24,135 nucleotides of DNA from an uncultured Aminicenantes bacterium (GTDB lineage: Bacteria > Acidobacteriota > Aminicenantia > UBA2199), in NCBI GenBank assembly GCA_965195285.1, contig CBDAFS010000047.1, forward strand, positions 1 to 24,135, given 5' to 3'. The position numbers and the translations under genes were made by a program. Numbering within the stretch: the stretch's first letter is position 1; each line of letters starts with the position of its first letter. This document shows, piece by piece, positions 16,986 to 24,135 of the stretch. The notes beneath the pieces are model-generated. The model saw nothing but the letters and a program-made list of their open reading frames with translations. It searched no databases and was not told where the DNA came from.

Positions 16986-19900
16986 TTTTTTCTCTTGTGC
17001 TTAAGATTTTCAAGAATTTCATAACAGACCGGAACAAAAATCAGAGTCAGGAAGGTGGTAAAGAACAGCCCGCCGATGATCACATAGGCCAGCGGCCGCT
17101 GTAATTCCGAACCGGTCTGGGTCATCAGGGCCATGGGGAATAATCCGAAGATGGTGGTAAAGGTGGTCATTAAAATGGGACGCAGCCGCACCCTGGATGC
17201 GGTCATGATCGCCTCCCGTATTCCTTTGCCCTCTTTTCTCAACTGATTTGAGTATTCAACTTTGACAATGGCATCGTTGACCCCGATTCCGATCAGGACC
17301 ATGATCCCGATTCCCGAGATGATATTCAATGAATTTCCGGATAGGAGTAAAAACAAAAAAGCACCGATAATGCCCATGGGAACCGTGAGCATGATGATCA
17401 ACGGTTGAAAAACATTTTCGAACTTTGCCGCCATGACCATGTAGACCAGAATGATGGCCAGGATGATGGCCTGGTTCAAGGAATCAAAGGCCTTTTTTCT
17501 TTCCTCTTCCTCACCGGCAAACACATAGCGGGTATTGGCCGGGAGTTCGATAGTTTCCAGTTTCCGGTTGGTTTTTTGAATGATTTTATCCAGATCGCCT
17601 GCTTTTGTATCCGCGGAAATCAGGAAGAATCGTTCCTGTGATTCCCGGTTGATTTCTTTTATTGAGGGGAGTTCCTTGAATTCGATCAGGTCTCTTAAAA
17701 AATAGGATTCACCCTTAATGGGAATGGGCAGAGAGAGGAGGCGGTTCATGGCAATGATTCCTTTAACCGGAATCCGGACCACGATATCATAGTTTTTTTG
17801 GATTTTTCTCAATACGCCGGCACTGTCTCCCCGGACCGCCTGGGTGACAAAACTGGCTATCTGTTGTTTGGTGATATTCAGTTTGTTCAGCAGATCCTGT
17901 TTGAAGGAGATAACAAAGAGCGGTTTACCTTCAGCGGTGTTGGCTTTCAAGTCCATCAGGCCTTCAATATCCATAAGCCGGCTCATAATGGTTTTGGTAG
18001 CCTGCTTGCCGGATTCGATGCTTTCGTAAAATATTTTGATCTGAAAATTTTCTTCACCCACGGAAAGGTATTGGGAGAGTGTGTTTTTTTCCAGGAAAAC
18101 CGAAAAATTAATCAGGTCTGTTTTTTCATCATTCATGATCTTGCGGGCCTGGGTCATCAACTCGGGTCGAATATTTGGATTGGTGCAGTTGACAATATAA
18201 TGAATACTATTGACCGAAAAATCCTCACTGCGGGCAGCAAATTTTGAAACGGCTCCGGATTCGGTAAATATAAAATCAACTCCCTGTAATTTTTTTATTT
18301 TCTGCTCGATTCGAAAGGCAATGCGGTTGGTCTCTTCAAATCCATAGGATGGTAAGGTGTTGGCTTTGACCTCGAACTTACGGCTGTCCGGGGCTGGCAA
18401 CAACTCCTTTTTGAGCAGCATGAACGAACCCAGGATTAAAAGAATAATGCAGATGCTTAGGTAAAGGGCAATGATTTTTTTGTTCAGAATTCTTTCCAGA
18501 ATGTTGTGGTAGAAATTGTCAAAGCTTTCGTAAAGCCGATTAAATCCCCTGAATACAGGTTTCAATATGAAATTGAGCAGGATCGATAGGTGTTTTAAAA
18601 ATGTTTTGAATACCCATACAATTCCACCCAGAATAAAATAGATAATGTAGCCGATTATTTTAAGGGGCACCAGTAAAATGAAATGAAGGCCCTTGAGGGG
18701 GATATGAAACCATTTTCCCTTCTTTACATCCGGGATATCATCCATGAAATCGGTTTTGAATACGGAACGGAAACCGGCCAGGGCCGGGAGCAGGGTAATG
18801 GCTACGATTAGTGAAGAAATCAGTGAAAATGACACGGTCAACGCCTGATCACGGAATAATTTCCCGGTAATGCCATATAAATAGATTACCGGGAGGAATA
18901 TTGAAATAGTGGTCAGTGTGGAAGCGGCTATGGCTCCACTGACCTCCTTGGTTCCGGATATGACCGAGGTGATGATGTCCTCTTTGCGCCGATGTCTAAA
19001 AATGGATTCGATAACAATGATGGAATTGTCAACAAACATGCCCACTCCCAGGACCAGGCCTCCCAGAGACATGATATTGACATTGACCTTAATAGCGAAC
19101 ATCAGGACAAAAGTAGATACCACCGAAATAATGATGGCCACGGCTCCATAGATAGGCCCCTGAAAATTCTGTAGAAATAAAAGCAGTATAATAAAGGCGA
19201 AAAGTCCTCCGATAATCAGGGACAGGGTTAAAGAATTAATAGACGATACGATCAGTTCGGCTTCCATGGAAATGATAAAGAAGTCAAGGTCCTTAAACTC
19301 TTGAGAGAGTTCTTTAAAGGCTTGCCGGGTGTCTTCGGTTGCCTGAACCGTATTACCGGCCGATTCCCGGTAAATCAGCAGGGCGATTGAGGTGGCCTGA
19401 TTGAAACGAATATCACCCTGTTTGATTTTATTTTTAAAAAAGGCCTTGCCGATGTCCTTGATGAGAATACTCCTTCCGCCCAGCTCTTTAACCACAATGT
19501 TTTCAATCTCATCAGGCTGGCTGATTTCTCCTTCGATTTTTAAGGTATAGCGGAATTTGTCCTTTTTGATGGTGCCGCCACTCTGGAAAATATTGTTGTT
19601 TTCTATGGCCATAATGACATCACTGAGGGTGATGGCGATGTTTTTTATTTTTTCCGGGTCAATTTCGACCGAAACCTCTTCCTCGTCTCCTCCCCTGATT
19701 TCAATTCTCGAAATGCCTTCCAGCTGTTCCAGTCGGGGTTTGATAATAAATTCGGCTGTGTCCTTTATATTTTTCGGGGTCCTTTTTTCACTCTTCATGA
19801 TGGCAATGATAATGGGGGAGGCGGACGGGTCCCATTCCAATATGACCGGAGCCCCGCAGTCATCCGGAAGGTCTCTCCTGGCCTCTTCGGTTTTTTCTTT

Positions 19901-20224
19901 GGTATGCAGCAGGGCAAAATCCATGTCGGTTCCCCAGTGAAATTCCAGGGTTATGATGGATATTCCCTCTTTTGAAATGGAATTGATCTTCTTAACCCCG
20001 GCGATAGAATTGACCGGGCCTTCCAGCTTGGTGGTGATAAATTTCTCGATCTCCTCGGGGCCGGAGCCCGGGTATTCGGTCAGAATGGTGATTTTGGGAT
20101 AGCTGAGATCGGGTAGCAGGTTAATGGACAACTTTGACAGCGAAATGAAGCCCAGCAGGATGATTCCCACAAAAAACATGATGGTGCCAACCGGCCTTTT
20201 AACTGAAATGTCGGTGATGCTCAT
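16982..20224 (-). CDS. RND efflux transporter permease subunit (AcrB/SwrC/MdtB-like)
   Basis: 1080 aa; SVKRPV, YPGSGPEEIE, GVGMFVDNSIIVIE, ASTLTT, RLRPILMTT, PLAYVIIGGL. ATGA overlaps with both neighbours. Confidence 0.94.
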   Translation of the reverse strand: MSITDISVKRPVGTIMFFVGIILLGFISLSKLSINLLPDLSYPKITILTEYPGSGPEEIEKFITTKLEGPVNSIAGVKKINSISKEGISIITLEFHWGTDMDFALLHTKEKTEEARRDLPDDCGAPVILEWDPSASPIIIAIMKSEKRTPKNIKDTAEFIIKPRLEQLEGISRIEIRGGDEEEVSVEIDPEKIKNIAITLSDVIMAIENNNIFQSGGTIKKDKFRYTLKIEGEISQPDEIENIVVKELGGRSILIKDIGKAFFKNKIKQGDIRFNQATSIALLIYRESAGNTVQATEDTRQAFKELSQEFKDLDFFIISMEAELIVSSINSLTLSLIIGGLFAFIILLLFLQNFQGPIYGAVAIIISVVSTFVLMFAIKVNVNIMSLGGLVLGVGMFVDNSIIVIESIFRHRRKEDIITSVISGTKEVSGAIAASTLTTISIFLPVIYLYGITGKLFRDQALTVSFSLISSLIVAITLLPALAGFRSVFKTDFMDDIPDVKKGKWFHIPLKGLHFILLVPLKIIGYIIYFILGGIVWVFKTFLKHLSILLNFILKPVFRGFNRLYESFDNFYHNILERILNKKIIALYLSICIILLILGSFMLLKKELLPAPDSRKFEVKANTLPSYGFEETNRIAFRIEQKIKKLQGVDFIFTESGAVSKFAARSEDFSVNSIHYIVNCTNPNIRPELMTQARKIMNDEKTDLINFSVFLEKNTLSQYLSVGEENFQIKIFYESIESGKQATKTIMSRLMDIEGLMDLKANTAEGKPLFVISFKQDLLNKLNITKQQIASFVTQAVRGDSAGVLRKIQKNYDIVVRIPVKGIIAMNRLLSLPIPIKGESYFLRDLIEFKELPSIKEINRESQERFFLISADTKAGDLDKIIQKTNRKLETIELPANTRYVFAGEEEERKKAFDSLNQAIILAIILVYMVMAAKFENVFQPLIIMLTVPMGIIGAFLFLLLSGNSLNIISGIGIMVLIGIGVNDAIVKVEYSNQLRKEGKGIREAIMTASRVRLRPILMTTFTTIFGLFPMALMTQTGSELQRPLAYVIIGGLFFTTFLTLIFVPVCYEILENLKHKRKK

Positions 20225-21486
20225 TTGAGAATTTTGACCCTTGACTGATGGGATAAGGTTAACTGCCCGTCAATCACGATGATGTCACCTTCCTGAATTC
20301 CGCTTTTGATTTCAATTTCTTCGTCATTCTGGGCTCCCAGCTCCACATATCTCCAGTCAGCGGTTCCAGTGGTGCCTTTTATATTGATGATGGCAAAAAT
20401 CAGGGGCCGGTCACCCTCACCCCTCACAATGATGGCTTTTCGGGGAACTTTGATTACATTCTCGTAAATTTTGTATTCGACATCCAGTTCGGCATGCATT
20501 CCCGGATAAATTAAGCTATCCGGGTTATCCAGCTTGACATAAATGGTGATGGTCTTTTTGTCCGGATCGACCTCGGGGCTTATGGATTGAATGTTTCCAT
20601 AGGAATACTGATCGGAAAAGGCGTCAAATTTGATCCGGGTCTGAATTCCAATTTTCAAATGTTTGATTTCTGTCTCCAGGGCAAAACCCTTCAAATACAG
20701 TGAATTCAGGTTTACAATTTTTAGGACTTCCTGACCCATACTCAATATCTCCCCCCGGCTGACCTTTAAATCCGAAATGATTCCCGGAAATGGGCTCTTG
20801 ATAAAGGTTTTCTTCAGATCCAGCTCGGCTTTTTTCAGATATACGATGGCATCGGTTAACTTTTCGGTGGCTTTGAGCACCTCCTCTCTTTTGGTACCGG
20901 AAAATATCATGATTTCCTCGTATTTTTCGCTTATTTTGTCAAGTTGTGTTTCACTGATTTTTCCCCTTTCAAAATCCCTCAGGGCCTGTTTGTAATTGCT
21001 CTCAATGGCATCCAGTTCTTTTTTTTGTTTTTCATTAAATTGCAGATTGAAAGGATTATCGGTTTTTTCTTTTACCAGGAACTTGGAAAGGGTTTCCAGC
21101 TTATTGGCTTTACGCGCTTCTACATCCAATTTTTTTTCAGAATCATCCACCTTCACCAGTAATTCTCCCTTTTTGACCCGGTCACCGATTTTACAGTTAA
21201 TTCTGATGACTTTTCCCTGGACTTCCGATTTGATACTGGCTTTTTCCCAGACATCGGCGGTGGCGGAAATCCGCAATCTCAGGGGTAGATTTCCCCGCTT
21301 GACCTGCATGACCTTCACCGGCAGGGAGGCTTCCCTTCTCACCGTATTTTCTGACTCCTGATTTTCCTGGACCTTAATGATGTCGGTGCCTTCTTTTTTC
21401 TCAGGCTGTAAGAACAGCTTGTATACTGCAAATACCAGACCGGCAATTATAATTACGATTGCAGATATTTTTAAGACTTTGTTCAT
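20221..21486 (-). CDS. RND periplasmic adaptor (membrane fusion protein)
   Basis: N-terminal TM anchor; lipoyl halves (SEVQGKV...GDRVKKGELLV and IKSPFPGII) around a long alpha-hairpin; ISPEVD, PGMHA, VELG...EIKSGI.EGD; SD AAGGAG. Confidence 0.92.
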   Translation of the reverse strand: MNKVLKISAIVIIIAGLVFAVYKLFLQPEKKEGTDIIKVQENQESENTVRREASLPVKVMQVKRGNLPLRLRISATADVWEKASIKSEVQGKVIRINCKIGDRVKKGELLVKVDDSEKKLDVEARKANKLETLSKFLVKEKTDNPFNLQFNEKQKKELDAIESNYKQALRDFERGKISETQLDKISEKYEEIMIFSGTKREEVLKATEKLTDAIVYLKKAELDLKKTFIKSPFPGIISDLKVSRGEILSMGQEVLKIVNLNSLYLKGFALETEIKHLKIGIQTRIKFDAFSDQYSYGNIQSISPEVDPDKKTITIYVKLDNPDSLIYPGMHAELDVEYKIYENVIKVPRKAIIVRGEGDRPLIFAIINIKGTTGTADWRYVELGAQNDEEIEIKSGIQEGDIIVIDGQLTLSHQSRVKILK

Positions 21487-21632
21487 GTGTGCTCCTTTGC
21501 GATTTTTTTATTGAGTCTTTTGAACTGTAAAATATTATATACGGGAAGATAAATCATATTGTTTCTATTACCATAACGTTTTGGGTGAAGTTTTTATTCA
21601 TTTTCGCATTAGATAAATGCAGGATGTTTACA

Positions 21633-21647
21633 TTTTGACTGTCAAAA
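21633..21647. promoter_or_regulatory. Perfect palindrome, candidate operator upstream of the RND operon
   Basis: TTTTGAC-T-GTCAAAA, about 150 nt upstream of the MFP start; contains TTGACA on the minus strand. Confidence 0.35.
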
Positions 21648-21724
21648 CCGGGGGCAACTTTCTCTGAACAGGTCTAAAGCACTCAGCTCCGGGGGGTAGA
21701 GCGGGAAAAGCTGGGGAAAGGGAA

Positions 21725-22924
21725 TTAGAATTGGCTTTTGATTTTCCTTATCCGGTCATCAAATTCTTTTTCGATTTTCTTTCTATCATCGAGTAATTTC
21801 TGACCTTCAACGTCATCTTGGGCGCTACCGCCGGATTTTAAACGGGCAATCTTCTTTTCCAGTTTTTCGGTTTTCTCTTCTTCATAAGTCGGTGGGTCCA
21901 GGTCATTGTATTCGTAGGTTTTCCTCAGGTGTCGCTGATGTTTTCGAAGTTCTTTTTTCAAACGGGAGATTTCAGCTTCGGTTTTGGCTTTGGATGTTTT
22001 GTTTTTTTTCTGTTTGGCATTGTAGTTCTTAATCCGGGCATTGAAGTTGTATTTTTCAAACAGTTGGTATTTTCCCAGCTTCAGGGCCGCATTGTAGTTT
22101 GATATACTGCCTTCCTTTTTGAATAAGAGAGCGGCTTCAATGTAGTATTGAACGGATTTGTCATATAGGGATTTATTTCGTCTGGTTTTTTTGGAGTAGA
22201 TTTCTGCGATATTTTTGGCAATGGTCCCCTTTTTATTCTGTTTGTACAGGCTGTTGAATTCTTTCAGGGCCGAATCCAGCTGATTGGTTTTCATCAGGGC
22301 AGTGGCATAGGTTTCGTAAATTTCAGGAGTATTCTGCTCTGATGATCCCAGTGACCGGTAGAAAGAAATGGCTTCCCGGTAATCTTCATCCTGATAGACC
22401 AGTATTTTGATCTTCTGTTCAGGGGTCATTTTTTTGGCCGGTGGGGCAGTTAATTTATTTTTAAGATTTTTAGCGGCTTTGAGAACTTCATTGTCATGAC
22501 CTCTGGCCAGAGAAATGGCTTTATTGGTGTTTTTAAGGGCTTTGTCCTTGTTGTAGAATGAAGTGTCCTTGATTCCGTAGGCATTCCCAATTACCAGATA
22601 CAACCTGGCCTGCTCGCCCCGAGAGGGCATCTCTCCCAGCTTCAAGGTTTTTTGACCGTATGTAAGGGTTTGCCGGTAATTTTTATTGTGGAAATAGTTC
22701 ACGGTAAGCATGTAATAGGCTAGTTTGGTAAACTTTTGTGAGGTGTCGGGGTATTTCTGGATATAGGCTTTAAAGGCTTTAATTTTTTCCAAAGGGGTTT
22801 TTTTCAGAATGGCATCGGTGTAATCCCGGGTACGGCTAATTTCTCTTTCATCACCACTTTGAATGGCAAAACAGGGCTGGATGAACATAAATGCTAATAA
22901 TCCAATAAAAATTATTCGTCTCAT
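21725..22924 (-). CDS. Secreted Lys-rich TPR-like helical-repeat protein with a C-terminal coiled coil, function unknown
   Basis: Signal-peptide-like N-terminus (MRRIIFIGLLAFMFIQPCFA); TPR-like helices (AYYMLTVNYFHNKNY, LYLVIGNAY, IYETYATALMKTNQLDSAL); SD AAGGAG 6 nt upstream. Confidence 0.7.
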   Translation of the reverse strand: MRRIIFIGLLAFMFIQPCFAIQSGDEREISRTRDYTDAILKKTPLEKIKAFKAYIQKYPDTSQKFTKLAYYMLTVNYFHNKNYRQTLTYGQKTLKLGEMPSRGEQARLYLVIGNAYGIKDTSFYNKDKALKNTNKAISLARGHDNEVLKAAKNLKNKLTAPPAKKMTPEQKIKILVYQDEDYREAISFYRSLGSSEQNTPEIYETYATALMKTNQLDSALKEFNSLYKQNKKGTIAKNIAEIYSKKTRRNKSLYDKSVQYYIEAALLFKKEGSISNYNAALKLGKYQLFEKYNFNARIKNYNAKQKKNKTSKAKTEAEISRLKKELRKHQRHLRKTYEYNDLDPPTYEEEKTEKLEKKIARLKSGGSAQDDVEGQKLLDDRKKIEKEFDDRIRKIKSQF

Positions 22925-22953
22925 TCTATACTCCTTTCATTTTTTCAAGTATG

Positions 22954-22981
22954 ATTTTACCTAAACAAAAAAAAAAATCAA
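22954..22981 (-). promoter_or_regulatory. Possible sigma70 promoter with a homopolymer spacer
   Basis: TTGATT (22981-22976), 16 nt, TAAAAT (22959-22954). An A11 run lies at 22967-22977. Confidence 0.4.
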
Positions 22982-23076
22982 GTCAATATTAAATTTTAAT
23001 TCTAATTTCATTCCTAAGACGTATTTTTTGGGGCAAATGGATTCAGTTTTTAGCCAGTCCGATGAACATGGAACAT

Positions 23077-23100
23077 GGGGTCAGGTCTAAAGAATAAAGA
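23077..23100 (+). repeat. Left terminal inverted repeat
   Basis: GGGGTCAGGTCTAAAGAATAAAGA, the exact reverse complement of 24112-24135. Confidence 0.95.
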
Positions 23101-23117
23101 TTTATCGGTAATGTTTT

Positions 23118-24080
23118 TCATCCCAGTACTCGATGTCGAATTTTCTTGTTCACTATTTTCACCATTTTTTTTATTTCCTTATTCTTCTCAATTTCCTTAC
23201 CAAAATACCTCGCTAATTCAGATACCGCTCCATAATCCATCTCCATCAACTCTCCAATAGCACGAAGGCTCATCCCAGTGTGTTTGCGTAACATATATAT
23301 AAAAAACTTACGATACAGATTCCCCCGTTTTTTGCTTTTTAGCTGATCCTCACCGATTCGAAACTCCCTTATGATAATCTCCATGAGATCTTCTGCACTC
23401 AATCTCCGGAATTCCTTTACTTCACGAATCTCCCGATCTCTCAGATTATGTTTAACTACTCCAGCCAAAACCCGGCGTATGAATCCTGTACTCCCCAGTA
23501 TTGAATTGATGCCATACACTTCTTCGCTTCTTATTTCCTTCTCATCTCTCAATAAATCCATAATATATTTCTGATATTCCCTTTTTGTTTTGAATTTTTC
23601 AAGAATATCAGATATATATAAAAAATGAGGTGTTTTTGATTTTCCAGAATAGCACCGGAAACTGCTCCAGAGGTATGCTTCAGGATATTTCACTATCCCT
23701 GCACGTACAGGATTTAGATGAATATAGACACTCAATGCAAGCATATATTCATCCTTTTCAACCAGAATCGCCTTATAGCGGCCTTGAAAAATGGAACCAA
23801 TAAGATTGTATTTACTCCGATACCAATTCGCATAACTGGCATTTAAATCATGCATCGCTTTGGATAGATTTGCGTCGGGGGTTTCAATAAGAAGGTGGTA
23901 ATGGTTACGCATCAACACATATACATGGATTTTTAATCTGTGTCGTTCTACTGTTTGTTCTAACTTCTCTAGGAATTTCTTCCTGTCCATGTCTCTACGG
24001 AAAATGTTTTCTCTACGATGTCCCCTGGAAACGACATGATAGAATGCATGTTCATATTCAATTCGAATTGGCCTAGCCAT
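23118..24080 (-). CDS. REP-associated tyrosine transposase (Y1/HUH, IS200-like fold) with a C-terminal DnaA/TrpR-like HTH
   Basis: MARPIR, YHVVSRG, HUH motif NHYHLL, FQGRYKA, catalytic Tyr in YIHLNPVRAG, YLWSS; C-terminal RKFFIYMLRKHTGMSLRAIGELMEMDYGAVS. Confidence 0.93.
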   Translation of the reverse strand: MARPIRIEYEHAFYHVVSRGHRRENIFRRDMDRKKFLEKLEQTVERHRLKIHVYVLMRNHYHLLIETPDANLSKAMHDLNASYANWYRSKYNLIGSIFQGRYKAILVEKDEYMLALSVYIHLNPVRAGIVKYPEAYLWSSFRCYSGKSKTPHFLYISDILEKFKTKREYQKYIMDLLRDEKEIRSEEVYGINSILGSTGFIRRVLAGVVKHNLRDREIREVKEFRRLSAEDLMEIIIREFRIGEDQLKSKKRGNLYRKFFIYMLRKHTGMSLRAIGELMEMDYGAVSELARYFGKEIEKNKEIKKMVKIVNKKIRHRVLG

Positions 24081-24086
24081 AAATTT

Positions 24087-24095
24087 ATTTTAACA
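24087..24095 (-). promoter_or_regulatory. Extended -10 promoter, likely giving a leaderless transposase transcript
   Basis: TGtTAAAAT, then 6 nt, then ATG 24080; no SD present. Confidence 0.5.
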
Positions 24096-24111
24096 CAAAA
24101 TGAATTTTAAT

Positions 24112-24135
24112 TCTTTATTCTTTAGACCTGACCCC
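24112..24135 (-). repeat. Right terminal inverted repeat
   Basis: TCTTTATTCTTTAGACCTGACCCC, running to the last base of the window. Confidence 0.95.

Larger units (their letters stand above)
23077..24135. mobile_element. 1059-bp element: RAYT/TnpA-REP-like HUH transposase bounded by 24-bp terminal inverted repeats
   Basis: Perfect inverted repeats at both ends enclose a single transposase ORF. It is visibly more AT-rich than the flanking genes, and the window ends exactly at the right repeat. Confidence 0.85.

Noticed and set aside
23075-23260. 61-aa plus-strand ORF (MGSGLKNKD...)
   Set aside because: It starts at the TIR and runs antisense to the transposase; a by-product of the repeat sequence.
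292-23574. The many 60-160 aa alternative-frame and antisense ORFs in the track
   Set aside because: All overlap well-supported genes and show no recognisable motifs.
1-24135. CRISPR array, tRNA, rRNA or riboswitch
   Set aside because: No regularly spaced repeats or recognisable structured-RNA signatures were seen, and intergenic gaps are short. A covariance-model scan would be needed to exclude small RNAs.

Overview
Bacterial window, mostly minus-strand and housekeeping-like, ending exactly on a mobile-element repeat. Left to right: the 3' end of a 2x[4Fe-4S] protein, an alpha/beta hydrolase, a five-gene peptide/nickel-type ABC importer, and a divergent calcineurin-like metallophosphoesterase. 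Next is a glutamate dehydrogenase gene followed by two overlapping PEP-synthase/PPDK-like ATP-grasp genes that lack the pyruvate-binding barrel; the larger carries an N-terminal GAF-like segment and a C-terminal nucleotidyltransferase domain. Then come a small Rho-N-like basic protein, an MFP plus two RND permeases with no outer-membrane factor, a secreted TPR-like protein, and a RAYT-type HUH (Y1) transposase bounded by perfect 24-bp terminal inverted repeats. The best candidate for an undescribed system is the gdh / paired dikinase-like / nucleotidyltransferase / phosphoesterase cluster (6216-13422), which may be a covalent-modification signalling module linked to glutamate metabolism (inference). 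No rRNA, tRNA or CRISPR array was seen. All calls rest on motifs read by eye; no database search was run.
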